Shown: positions 18,130 through 27,848 of the stretch, in pieces
How positions within the stretch are numbered: the stretch's first letter is position 1
Layout: every line of letters begins with the position of its first letter
NCBI GenBank assembly: GCA_963789955.1
Contig: CAWBMV010000001.1
Location: forward strand, 160,001-224,000
Length of the DNA: 64,000 nucleotides
Source of the DNA: an uncultured Candidatus Rokubacteria bacterium
GTDB taxonomy: Bacteria; Methylomirabilota; Methylomirabilia; Rokubacteriales; CSP1-6
Direction of reading: 5' to 3'
The notes under the pieces: generated by a model
What the model was told of the DNA's origin: nothing
Database searches by the model: none
The model's input: only the letters and a program-made list of their open reading frames with translations
Program-made: the position numbers and the translations under genes

Positions 18130-18657
18130 ATGCGATCGGGAACCGTCATCGGCGCCGGCGCCGGATTCGTCGGCGGCATCGTCGCCGCGTTCGTGCTGTC
18201 GATCCTGGGCATCAAGGGCCACGAGGGGCAGATCGCTCGCGCGATCACCCTGGTTTCGCACACCGTCCACACGGACAGCCTGGTCGGCGGCTGGCTCGTC
18301 CAGATCGCGGTCGCCACGGCGATCGGCGCTCTGTTCGGCGTGCTGTACACCGCCGCCGGGCTTCGCCGCGAGTCGGCGGCATTCTGGGCGACGATCTACG
18401 GCCTGGCATGCTGGATCGTCGGCTGGTTCTCGGTGATGCCGCCGCCGCTGCGGTTCGCGCCATGGGCGGCCGCAAAGGATCCGGCGCTGTTCCAGCTCGC
18501 CGTCGCCGGCTTGCTCGCCTGCCTCGCGTTCGGCGCGACGCTGGCCGGCGCCTTCACGCTCTTCGGGCGCCCCGAAGGCTCGAACCGCGACGCCCGTGTC
18601 GCGGCGACGCGCTCGCCTGCGCCATCGAACCGTATGCTAGGCCCGAGCAGGCGCTAG
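18130..18657 (+). CDS. Hypothetical membrane protein (about 4 TM segments)
   Basis: GGAGGTG RBS and four hydrophobic stretches. Confidence 0.7.
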   Translation: MRSGTVIGAGAGFVGGIVAAFVLSILGIKGHEGQIARAITLVSHTVHTDSLVGGWLVQIAVATAIGALFGVLYTAAGLRRESAAFWATIYGLACWIVGWFSVMPPPLRFAPWAAAKDPALFQLAVAGLLACLAFGATLAGAFTLFGRPEGSNRDARVAATRSPAPSNRMLGPSRR

Positions 18658-18754
18658 GCACTCGTCGTCAGGCGTTCGACTCTGCTTCGCGCCATGGGAT
18701 CTACCCTGTCGGCTGCCGTGGCCCTCGGCCGAAAGGTGGGCCATACTCTCGACC

Positions 18755-19570
18755 ATGCTGATGGCTCAGATCACCGACACGCACATCAAGCCCGAGGGCG
18801 TCCTCGCCTACGGGCGCCTCGACACGGCGCCCTATCTGGCGCGCGCCGTGAGCCACCTCCTGGCACTCAGGCCGCGTCCCGATCTCGTGCTGGCGACCGG
18901 TGACCTCGTCGACGGCGGACGGCCGGAGGAATACCGCCGGCTGCGCGACCTGCTCGCGCCGCTGCCGATGCCGGTCTACCTCATTCCGGGTAACCACGAC
19001 GATCGCGACGCGCTCGCGGCCGTGTTCACCGATCACGCGTACCTGCCGCGCGGCGGCCGGTTCATGCAGTACATCGTCGAGGGCTACCCGGTGCGGCTCG
19101 TTGCGCTCGATACGCTCGTGCCCGGCCAGGTCGGCGGCCTGCTCTGCGCCGAGCGATTGGGCTGGCTCGCGGCGCGTCTCGAGGAGGCGCCCGAGCGGCC
19201 GACCGTGATTTTCATGCACCATCCGCCGTTCCTGACGGGGATCGCGCGCATGGACGCCCACGGTCTGGCGAACTCGGCCGAATTCGCCGAAGTCGTCGGC
19301 AGGCATCGGCACGTCCAGCGGATCGTGTGCGGCCACCTGCATCGTCCGATCCAGGCGCTCGTGGGTGGCACGCTCGCGACGACCGCGCCCAGCACAGCGC
19401 ACCAGGTCGCGCTCGACCTCGAGGACGAGCCGCTCGCCTTCACGATGGAGCCGCCGGCCTGCCAGCTCCACGTGTGGAGCCCGCAGACCGGCCTCGTCAC
19501 GCACACGAGCTACATCGGCGAGTTCGACGGGCCGTACCTGTTCGCCGGCGGCGCGAAGCGCGCGGGGTAG
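18755..19570 (+). CDS. Metallophosphoesterase (CpdA/Icc-like phosphodiesterase)
   Basis: TDTH, TGDL, PGNHD, MHHPP, CGHLH motifs. Confidence 0.88.
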   Translation: MLMAQITDTHIKPEGVLAYGRLDTAPYLARAVSHLLALRPRPDLVLATGDLVDGGRPEEYRRLRDLLAPLPMPVYLIPGNHDDRDALAAVFTDHAYLPRGGRFMQYIVEGYPVRLVALDTLVPGQVGGLLCAERLGWLAARLEEAPERPTVIFMHHPPFLTGIARMDAHGLANSAEFAEVVGRHRHVQRIVCGHLHRPIQALVGGTLATTAPSTAHQVALDLEDEPLAFTMEPPACQLHVWSPQTGLVTHTSYIGEFDGPYLFAGGAKRAG

Positions 19571-19580
19571 GTGCTCCGGC

Positions 19581-20975
19581 TCAGCGAGGCTGCTGCAGGA
19601 GTAACTCGGCGGCCTCCATCAGCGTCTCCGACAGGGTCGGATGCGTGTGGATGGTCATCGCGAGATCTTCGACCGTCATCGCCGTCTCCACGGCGAGGGC
19701 GCCCTCGGCGATGAGCTCGCCGGCGCCCGGACCCACGATCCCGACGCCGAGCACCCGGCCGGTGTCCGCATCCGCGATGATCTTCGTCAGACCATCACTG
19801 CGACCGAGTGTCAGCGCGCGACCCGAGGCCGCCCATTCGCGCTTCGCGATCTTCACGGTGCGGCCGTCGCGCGCCGCCTCGGACTCGGTGAGCCCGCACC
19901 ACGCGACCTCGGGATCCGTGAACACGACCGCGGGCACGACGACGTTGTCGAACGCCGACGGGCGGCCCGCGATCACCTCCGCCGCGACCTTGCCCTGGCG
20001 CATCGCGCGATGGGCCAGCATCGGCTCACCGGTGACGTCGCCGACGGCGTAGATCGCCGGGTCGTCCGTGCGGCAGCGCTCGTCCACCGCGACGAAGCCG
20101 TGCGCGTCGACGCCGGCGTGTGTGTGCTCGAGACCGAGCCCGGCGCTCGCCGGGCGGCGACCGACCGCCACCAGCACGCGATCGAAGGTCTGGACATCGT
20201 CCGCGCCGAACCGCGCCTCGACGGCCGAGCCTTTCTCCACGACCGAGGTCACCTTCGTGCCGAGCCGGATCTTCGAGAAGAGCTTCTCGCACCGGCGGGC
20301 GAGCGGCTGGACGAGTGCCTTGTCCACTCCTGGCAGGAGCCCATCGGTCATCTCGACCAGGGTGACCTGGCTCCCGAGCGCCGCGTAGACCTGGCCGAGC
20401 TCGAGGCCGATGTAGCCGCCGCCGATCACGAGGAGCCGTTCGGGTATCTCCGCGAGCTCGAGCGCCGCCGTCGAGTCGATGACCCGGTCGCCGGCGATGG
20501 ACAGGTCGGGGAGCCGCGCCGGCGCCGAGCCCGTCGCCACGATCGCGTGCTTGAAGCGTACCTTCTGCGGCTCGTCGCCCTCGACCCGGAGCTCGCGCGA
20601 GCTCTCGAACACCGCGCGCCCGCCGATCACGTCGACGCTTCTGGCCTTCGCCCCCGAGGCGAGGCCGCGTGCGAGCCGGCCGATGACGCGCTCACTCTTC
20701 CATTTGCGCAGCGGATCGAGCGATACGCGGGGCTCGCCGAAATCGACGCCGAGCTCGCGCGCCCGCTCGGCGTCCTCGATGAGCGCGGCGACGTGAAGAA
20801 GCGCTTTCGAGGGGATGCAGCCCTCGAAGAGACAGGCGCCGCCGAGCCGCTTGCCGGCGTCGATCACGACGGTCTCGAGCCCCAACTCGGCGCAGCGGAA
20901 CGCCGCCGAGTAGCCGCCGGGGCCGCCGCCCACGACCGCCACGTCCACCTCGATGACGAGGTCACCCATCACCAC
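19581..20975 (-). CDS. lpdA: Dihydrolipoamide dehydrogenase (E3)
   Basis: GGGPGGY, GGACLFEGCIPSK, GGGYIGLE, HTHPTLSE. Confidence 0.95.
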   Translation of the reverse strand: MVMGDLVIEVDVAVVGGGPGGYSAAFRCAELGLETVVIDAGKRLGGACLFEGCIPSKALLHVAALIEDAERARELGVDFGEPRVSLDPLRKWKSERVIGRLARGLASGAKARSVDVIGGRAVFESSRELRVEGDEPQKVRFKHAIVATGSAPARLPDLSIAGDRVIDSTAALELAEIPERLLVIGGGYIGLELGQVYAALGSQVTLVEMTDGLLPGVDKALVQPLARRCEKLFSKIRLGTKVTSVVEKGSAVEARFGADDVQTFDRVLVAVGRRPASAGLGLEHTHAGVDAHGFVAVDERCRTDDPAIYAVGDVTGEPMLAHRAMRQGKVAAEVIAGRPSAFDNVVVPAVVFTDPEVAWCGLTESEAARDGRTVKIAKREWAASGRALTLGRSDGLTKIIADADTGRVLGVGIVGPGAGELIAEGALAVETAMTVEDLAMTIHTHPTLSETLMEAAELLLQQPR

Positions 20976-21005
20976 GGTCTGGATCCTTCGCTATTCGGTC
21001 CGGCG

Positions 21006-21803
21006 CTATTCGGTCTGGCCGCGCACCGCCCAGGCGCGGGCGATCAGATGAATGCTGCCGTCCGGCTGGACCGGGATCGTCGACCGGATGCGCTCGCGGA
21101 GCGCGGTCCGCCGCTCCTCGGTGAGCGACATGCAGTAGCCGGGCGCCGGCGCCTGGCCGCCGAGGAAGGGCTTCCAGTAGTCGTCGAAATCCTTGAAGAG
21201 CGTGGGCACGTCGATCGCGAGCACGCGCACCTGCGTGAGGCCGGCCGCCTCGAAGAGCTCGACCAGCGGGCCCGGCCGCGCGACCGGGAATCGACGCCCC
21301 TCGTCGAGCTCGAGCGCCGGCGGATCGAGCGCGACCGCGGCGTCCCAGAAGCGACGCATCAGCTGCATCTCGCCGGCGTAGTCCCAGACGTACGCGGCCA
21401 CGGTTCCGCCGGGCGACAGCGCGCGCTTCATCTCTGCGATCGCGCGTGCCTGGTCCGACACGAAGTTCAGCATCAGCCCGGAAACGACGATGTCGTGCTC
21501 GGCGTCCTTGACCGGAAGCGCCTGCGCGTCGCCGGGCCGGAAGCTGACCCGCGGGTCGGTCACGCGCGAACGGGCATGGCCGAGATAGTCCTCGGAACGG
21601 TCGACGCCGACGACAGCGTCGGGGAAGCAGCGCGCGACGATGGCATCGCTCAAGGCACCGGTCCCGCATCCGACGTCGAGCCAGCGCAGGTTCTCGGGCG
21701 CGTCCAGCCAGCGCAGGAATTCCCGCGCAACCAGAGTGCTCCAGCGACCCACATACGGTTCATACGCATCGCCGCTCGACCAGGTGTCTCGATGGTCGGG
21801 CAT
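21006..21803 (-). CDS. Class I SAM-dependent methyltransferase
   Basis: ATG 21803 after AAGGAGG; YEPYVGRWS, WLDVGCGTG, GDAQALP. Confidence 0.88.
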   Translation of the reverse strand: MPDHRDTWSSGDAYEPYVGRWSTLVAREFLRWLDAPENLRWLDVGCGTGALSDAIVARCFPDAVVGVDRSEDYLGHARSRVTDPRVSFRPGDAQALPVKDAEHDIVVSGLMLNFVSDQARAIAEMKRALSPGGTVAAYVWDYAGEMQLMRRFWDAAVALDPPALELDEGRRFPVARPGPLVELFEAAGLTQVRVLAIDVPTLFKDFDDYWKPFLGGQAPAPGYCMSLTEERRTALRERIRSTIPVQPDGSIHLIARAWAVRGQTE

Positions 21804-21838
21804 CAGAACCTCCTTTTGAAAGCGCAAAGCCACACCAA

Positions 21839-23249
21839 TTACCATTCCAGCAAAAGCTGCTCGGGCCGCTCGAGTCGCCGGACGATCGCCGCGGCGAAAC
21901 GGGCCCCGTCGGCGCCGTCGGCCGTGCGATGGTCGAACGTGAGCGAGATCGGCAGGAGCATGCGGGGCACGATCTTGCCCTCGTGCACGACCGGCTCTTC
22001 CCGCCCGCGGGCGACGCCGAGAATCGCCACTTCGGGATAGTTGATGATGGGGATCGCTCCCGTGCCACCGAGCGCGCCGATATTCGTGATCGTGAACGTG
22101 CCGCCGCGCAGATCCTCGAGCGTCGCCTTGCCCTCGCGCACGCGCTGGGCGAGCTCGGCCAGCGCGCGCTGGAGCTCGACGATCGGCTTCTGGTCGACGT
22201 CACGGATGACGGGCACGATCAAGCCCCGCGGGGCCGCCACCGCGACCCCGAGATGATAGTAGCGCTTGACGATGAGCTCGCCCGCGGCCGGATCGAGGCT
22301 CGCGTTGAACTGCGGGTGCTCCTGCAGGGCGAGCGCCGCGGCCTTGAGGAGAAAGCTCGTGAGGGTGAGCGTGAGGCCGCGTTCCCGCGCCGGCTCGACG
22401 TTGCGCCGGATGATCGCGTCGAGCTCGGTGATGTCGGCGCGATCGAAGTGCGTCACATGAGGAATGAGCATGGCCGAGAGCGTCATGCGCTCGGCGATCG
22501 TGCGTCGCAGGTGCGACAGCGGCTGCCGCTCCACCGGCCCCCACTGCTCGAACCGCGGCAGCGCCGGCGGCTCGACACCGACCGCCGCCAGCGGCCTTGC
22601 CACCAGCGCCCGCTCGGCCGCGTCACCGGCTGCCGGAGCCGGGGCGCTCGCTCGACTCGCGCCGCCGAACCCACGGACGTCGTCGTCGGTGACGCGCCCA
22701 CCAGGTCCGGTGCCACGCACCGAGCGCAGATCCACCCCAAGCTCACGCGCCAGCCGCCGCGTCGCCGGCGTCGCCGCCACCGGCCCCACCGAAACCGGCG
22801 CCCCCAAGGTCGCCGTCGGCGCCGGGCGCCCGCCAGCACGATCGGACGGAGCATTCGTCGGAGCAACCGACGGCCCGCGCGTTCCTGAGGCCGCGACGGG
22901 TTGCCGCCGGGGGGGCGGGGCGGCGTGGCGGGAGGGCTCGCCGGCGAGTGGGGTTCCGAAGCCGGCGGGCCCTCCCGCCACGCCGCCCCGCCCCCCGGGC
23001 GCCGAACCCAGCAGAGTCGTCGAACGTGACGAGCACATCCCCAACCTTGACGCTCTGGCCGGGCCGAACGTGAATGCGAGCCACGCGCCCGCCGAACGGG
23101 GACGGAATCTCGACGGTCGCCTTGTCGGTCTCGACCTCGAGTAACGGCGCGTCTTCGGCGAGCACATCGCCCTCGTTGACGAGAACCTTCAGGATCTCGG
23201 CCTCGGTCAGCCCCTCGCCCAGGTCTGGGAGTACGAACGGCCGGGGCAT
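21839..23249 (-). CDS. 2-oxoacid dehydrogenase E2 dihydrolipoamide acyltransferase (frameshift in linker)
   Basis: Lipoyl domain LPDLGEGLTEAE...VETDKATVEIPS in one frame; E3-binding ATPATRRLARELGVDL and catalytic DHRTADG in the next. Confidence 0.9.
22907..22998. repeat. Palindromic element 1 (about 38 bp arms) inside the E2 linker
   Basis: CCGGGGGGGCGGGGCGGCGTGGCGGGAGGGCTCGCCGGC (22907-22945) vs GCCGGCGGGCCCTCCCGCCACGCCGCCCCGCCCCCCGG (22961-22998). Confidence 0.85.
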
Positions 23250-23298
23250 GGCTACGAGCCTTGTTCGCCGGTTGCGGACGACACGGCCATCACCACAC

Positions 23299-24279
23299 TC
23301 AGAACGCGAGCGTCTCGCGGACGGCAGTGACGACGCGCGGCACATCCGGGACGTTGGACTTCTCGCGCGCGAAACCGACGAAGGGCACGTCGTACGCGGT
23401 CACGCGCCGGATCGGGGCCTCGAGCGAGAGGAACGCGCCGTCCATGATCGAGGCGGCGATCTCGGCGCCGGGCCCGAAGCTCCGCGGCGCTTCGTGGACG
23501 ACGACCGCGCGGCCGGTCTTCTTGACCGAGGCGACGAGCGTCTCGCGATCGAGCGGCGAGACCGTGAGGAGATCGATCACCTCGACGGCGACGCCGTCCT
23601 CGTCGCGCAGGACGTCGGCCGCTTCGAGCGCCACCCGCAGCATCGCGCCGTAGGCGATCACGGTGAGCGCGTCGCCTTCGCGTGCCACCTGCGCCCGCCC
23701 GATCGCGATGACCTCGCTCTCGTCGGGCACTTCTTCCTTGGCGGCGTGATAGAGCGACTTCGCCTCGAAGAAGATCACCGGATCGGGATCGCGGATGGCC
23801 GCGGCCAGCAGCGCGCGAGCGTTTCGAGGGCCCGACGGAATGACCATCTTGAGCCCGGGAATGTGCGCGTAGAACTGCTCTTCCGATTCCGAATGATGCT
23901 CGAGGGCGCGGACACCGCCGCCGTATGGCATGCGGATGACCATCGGGACGTGAAAGCGTCCCTGCGAGCGCATCCGGTAGCGCGCGCAATGGTTCTCGAT
24001 CTGGTGGAAGCACTGGAACGCGAAACCCGAGAACTGGATCTCGCAGACCGGCTTGAGACCGTAGAGGGCCATTCCGACCGCGGTGCCGATGATCGCCGCT
24101 TCCGCGAGCGGGCTGTCGATGACGCGCTGGGAGCCGTACGTCCGCTGCAGATCGTCGGTCACCCGGAAGACTCCGCCGTCGACGCCGACGTCCTCGCCCA
24201 GGACGAGCACGTCGGCGTCGCGCTCCATCTCCTGGAAGAGCGCCGTGTTGAGCGCCTTGACCATGTTCAGCTTGGCCAT
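23299..24279 (-). CDS. 2-oxoacid (pyruvate/branched-chain) dehydrogenase E1 beta
   Basis: GEDVGVDGGVFRVT, PLAE, EIQFSGF, HSES, DPDPVIFFE. Confidence 0.92.
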   Translation of the reverse strand: MAKLNMVKALNTALFQEMERDADVLVLGEDVGVDGGVFRVTDDLQRTYGSQRVIDSPLAEAAIIGTAVGMALYGLKPVCEIQFSGFAFQCFHQIENHCARYRMRSQGRFHVPMVIRMPYGGGVRALEHHSESEEQFYAHIPGLKMVIPSGPRNARALLAAAIRDPDPVIFFEAKSLYHAAKEEVPDESEVIAIGRAQVAREGDALTVIAYGAMLRVALEAADVLRDEDGVAVEVIDLLTVSPLDRETLVASVKKTGRAVVVHEAPRSFGPGAEIAASIMDGAFLSLEAPIRRVTAYDVPFVGFAREKSNVPDVPRVVTAVRETLAF

Positions 24280-24283
24280 GGTG

Positions 24284-25426
24284 TCAGCGCCGCGTCAGCC
24301 GCTGGCCCCGCATCGGCGTGGCCCCGGGCTGGGTCGGTGGTGTCGCGTCGGGACGGGCCGGCGTCGCCGGCTCGCGGGCGGCCATCGCGTCGCGCTGGGC
24401 CTGGACGTCCGGCGGGAGCTCGGCGTACGCGTGGTCGAACATCACCAGGGGATCGGCCGAGGGCGTCGCCTCGAAGCGTCGAACCGCTTCGGCGATCTCG
24501 TCGTCTACCCGCTGCTCGAGCCCTTCCTCCAGGAGATTGCGCTTCTCCAGATAGGCCCGGAATCGCGTGAGCGGATCCTTCTGCTCCCACATCGCGACTT
24601 CCAGGTCGCTCCGGTACTTGGTGGGATCGTCCGCCGTCGTGTGCACCCCCAGCCGATACGTCACGCACTCGATCAACGTCGGCCCGTCGCCGGCGCGGGC
24701 CCGCTCGACCGCTTCGCGCGCGGCGGCGTAGACCGCGAGCACGTCGTTGCCGTCCACCTGGATGCCGGGCAATCCGTACGCGAGCGCCTTCTGCGCGATC
24801 GTACGGGAGTGCGTCTGCTTCTTCAGCGGCACGGAGATGGCCCACTGGTTGTTCTGACACACGAAGACCACCGGAACGTGCCAGACGCCGGCGAAGTTCA
24901 TCGCCTCGTGGAAATCGCCCTCGGAGGTCGCGCCGTCGCCGAAGTACGCCATGACCACCACGTCGTCACCCCGGTACTGGGCGGCATAGGCGAGGCCGAC
25001 CGCGTGGGGGAGCTGCGTGGCCACCGGGATCGTGATCGGCAGATCGTGCTGGTCGGGCGCCGGCTGGCCGCCCTCCAGATGACCGGAGAAGAAGAGCAGG
25101 AGCTTCTCGATCGGCCAACCCCGCCAGATCATCGCCGCCGTCTCGCGGAAGGAGGGGACCATCCAGTCGGTCGGCCGCAGGGTGAAGATGCTTCCGACTT
25201 GAGCAGCCTCCTGGCCCTTCGTCGGCGCGAAGGTGCCGATGCGTCCCTGCCGCTGCAGTCGCACCATCCGCTCGTCCAGCCGACGGCCGAGCAGCATGGA
25301 GCGATAGAGCGACCTCAGATCCGTGTCGGCGAGCTTGGGCTCGAGCGCGGTGTCGAGGTTGCCGTCACTGTCGAGGATCGACAGGTATTCGACATGGAAC
25401 CGTGGTTCGAGGGCGATTCTGGGCAT
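24284..25426 (-). CDS. 2-oxoacid (pyruvate/branched-chain) dehydrogenase E1 alpha
   Basis: LQRQGRIG, GQEA, TPP motif GDGATSEGDFHE...NNQWAIS, HTTADDP. Confidence 0.92.
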   Translation of the reverse strand: MPRIALEPRFHVEYLSILDSDGNLDTALEPKLADTDLRSLYRSMLLGRRLDERMVRLQRQGRIGTFAPTKGQEAAQVGSIFTLRPTDWMVPSFRETAAMIWRGWPIEKLLLFFSGHLEGGQPAPDQHDLPITIPVATQLPHAVGLAYAAQYRGDDVVVMAYFGDGATSEGDFHEAMNFAGVWHVPVVFVCQNNQWAISVPLKKQTHSRTIAQKALAYGLPGIQVDGNDVLAVYAAAREAVERARAGDGPTLIECVTYRLGVHTTADDPTKYRSDLEVAMWEQKDPLTRFRAYLEKRNLLEEGLEQRVDDEIAEAVRRFEATPSADPLVMFDHAYAELPPDVQAQRDAMAAREPATPARPDATPPTQPGATPMRGQRLTRR

Positions 25427-25466
25427 GGGTGGCCCAGATCCATTCTAACGCCCGAGACCCCGAACG

Positions 25467-26333
25467 CTACTTCTTCGCGGCTGCTCTTTTGGGGGGTGCG
25501 GGGGCGGCGGCTTCTTCGGTCCGCTTGGCCTTCGCCAGGGGCCTCTTCTCCCCCGAGGCGACCCGCTTGGCCAGGCTTTCCTTGAGCGCCTCCATCAGGT
25601 CGATCACCTGGGCGCGCGGGGCCTCAGGCGCGGCAACGGTCACTTCCTTGCCCTCGACCTTCTGGTTGACCAGGTCGAGCACCCGGTGGCGATACTCGTC
25701 CTCGTATTGCTCCGGGTGGAACTCGTCGTTCGACAGCCCGTCGATGAGCTGGCCGGCCAGGTCGAGCTCGCCCGGCCTGATCTTCGCGGATTGCCCGCGG
25801 TCGATCTCGCCGAAATCACGCACCTCGTCGGCGAAGTACATCGTGTGGAGCATGAGACCGCCCTGCGCCGGGCGGATGAGCACGAGGCTCTCCTTGCCGC
25901 GCATGACGAACTTCGCCAGCGCGACCCGCTTTTGCTTCGTCATCGCATCGGCGAGGAGCCGGTACGCCTTGTCGCCGCCTTTGTCCGGCCCGAGGAAGTA
26001 GGTTTTCTCGAAGTAGATCGGATCGACGGACTCCAGCGGCACGAATTCCGCGATGTCGATCATCTTCGAGGCCTCGCCCTCGAGCCCCTTCAGCTCGTCG
26101 TCGGCCACCCGCACGTACTGATCCTTGGAGAATTCGTAGCCGCGAACGAGCGACGCGCGATCGACGACCTCGTTGCACACCGGGCAGAACGTCTGCTGCT
26201 TGATCCGCGAGCCGCACTTCGCGTGCAGCATGTTGAACGCGACGTTCGCCGACGAGGCCGCGGTGTACAGCCGGATCGGGATCGACACGAGCCCGAACGA
26301 GATCGTTCCCGAGCCGATCGAATGCGGCGCCAT
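25467..26333 (-). CDS. ku: Ku protein (non-homologous end joining)
   Basis: ATG 26333: GTISFGLVSIP, HAKCGSRIKQQTFCPVC, DPIYFEKTY, VIDLMEALKES, basic tail. Confidence 0.93.
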   Translation of the reverse strand: MAPHSIGSGTISFGLVSIPIRLYTAASSANVAFNMLHAKCGSRIKQQTFCPVCNEVVDRASLVRGYEFSKDQYVRVADDELKGLEGEASKMIDIAEFVPLESVDPIYFEKTYFLGPDKGGDKAYRLLADAMTKQKRVALAKFVMRGKESLVLIRPAQGGLMLHTMYFADEVRDFGEIDRGQSAKIRPGELDLAGQLIDGLSNDEFHPEQYEDEYRHRVLDLVNQKVEGKEVTVAAPEAPRAQVIDLMEALKESLAKRVASGEKRPLAKAKRTEEAAAPAPPKRAAAKK

Positions 26334-26387
26334 GGTTTGCACCATAGCACGGCGATCCCTATGATGCGCGAAGGGCAGATCACACCC

Positions 26388-27848
26388 ATGGATAGCGTTC
26401 CGTCCACCGTCGAGCGGCAAGATGTCGGGGCTCCCGAGCCCGGACGGCGGCTGCTGGTGGGACTGGTCACGATTCTCGCGGCGCTCATTCTCCTCACCTT
26501 CATCGGCGTGATGGTGGGGATCCAGTTCGCCGGATCGCGCGTGGACGGGGAGTCCCAGCCCGAACGCGCGCTCGCGCTGATCGTCGGCCGCACGATGGAC
26601 ATCGACGAAGCGGTCGGTCGCGCGCCGTCGTGGGAGCAGCGCGTGTATCACGTGCTGTCGACCGACCCGGCCGAGGACCTCGAGGAGGGCATTCGCTGGT
26701 ACGAGGAACTCTCGGCCGCGTCATTCGATCCCACCGTCGATCTGCACCTGGCGATCCTCGAGGGCGAATCGGGGCGAATGGACAGCGTGCAGCGACGGAC
26801 GGAAGAATGGAAGCGCCGCCCCGACCCGCTCCCGGCGTTCGCGGTTCTGGTCGGTGCCGCGTATCTCGGCGACGAGCACGCGGACGAAGCGGTGCCGAAC
26901 ATCCCCGGGGCGCTCGCCGACGTGCTCGAGCCCGGATGGTTCAGGGACCGGATGGCGACCCGCCTGGCGGTGCGCGTCGGCGACCGGGATCTCCTGGCCG
27001 CGACGACCGCGGCCCAGGAGGCGCGTTCCACTCGCCTGCTCGCCCGCACGCGCGCGACCCTGGCCATCGAGGTCGTGCTCATCGTGGTCGCGCTGGTGCT
27101 GCTGGTTCGGGTCGCCGTGCGACGCCGCGCGTTCGATCGGATCAGTGTCGGCGTGCTGCCGCCGGCGTGGCGCGGGCGCGACGGAATCCGCGTGCTCATC
27201 TGGGGCGGGGCAATCGGCGCCCTGCTCCTCTTCGGGTCGTCCTTCGTGCCCGAACGCCCGTATTTCCGCGTGCTGCTCGGCGCGACGACGAACCTGTCCT
27301 TCGTACCGCTCATCTTCCTCGCCTGGCTTTTCTTGATCCGACCGTCAGGTCAAACCGTACGTGAGGGCTTCGGGCTCGTGCCGACGTCGCACGGAGCGCG
27401 CCGGCTCGTGCTCGTCATCCTCACCTTGCTGGCGCTCGGCCAGCTAGGGGAAGGCGCGGTGGATCTGGCCGGGCGCTGGTTCGGGCTCTCCGCGCACTGG
27501 ACGGAGTGGTTCGATCGCGATCTGGTGTGGGGATCGCGGGCCGTGGTCGGCATGACGATCTTCGACACGGTCATTCTCACGCCGATCTGCGAGGAGATCG
27601 TCTTCCGGGGACTTCTGTTCGCGACCTTGCGCCGGCGATTCGGCCTGGCTCCGGCCGCGGTGGTCAGCGCCGCCGTCTTCGCGGTCGCGCACGGCTACGG
27701 CACCCTCGGCTTCGCGGCCGTCTTCTGGAGCGGGCTCCTGTGGGCGTGGTCGTACGAGCGCACCGGGAGCTTGCTGCCGTCGATGGTGGCGCACGCGGCC
27801 GACAACCTCATGGCCTCGCTCTCCGTCATGCTGGTCCTGCGTGGCTAG
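26388..27848 (+). CDS. CPBP (Abi/CAAX) family intramembrane metalloprotease with N-terminal extracytoplasmic domain
   Basis: PICEEIVFRG, FAVAH, HAADN motifs; multiple TM segments; start uncertain (26361 or 26388). Confidence 0.82.
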   Translation: MDSVPSTVERQDVGAPEPGRRLLVGLVTILAALILLTFIGVMVGIQFAGSRVDGESQPERALALIVGRTMDIDEAVGRAPSWEQRVYHVLSTDPAEDLEEGIRWYEELSAASFDPTVDLHLAILEGESGRMDSVQRRTEEWKRRPDPLPAFAVLVGAAYLGDEHADEAVPNIPGALADVLEPGWFRDRMATRLAVRVGDRDLLAATTAAQEARSTRLLARTRATLAIEVVLIVVALVLLVRVAVRRRAFDRISVGVLPPAWRGRDGIRVLIWGGAIGALLLFGSSFVPERPYFRVLLGATTNLSFVPLIFLAWLFLIRPSGQTVREGFGLVPTSHGARRLVLVILTLLALGQLGEGAVDLAGRWFGLSAHWTEWFDRDLVWGSRAVVGMTIFDTVILTPICEEIVFRGLLFATLRRRFGLAPAAVVSAAVFAVAHGYGTLGFAAVFWSGLLWAWSYERTGSLLPSMVAHAADNLMASLSVMLVLRG

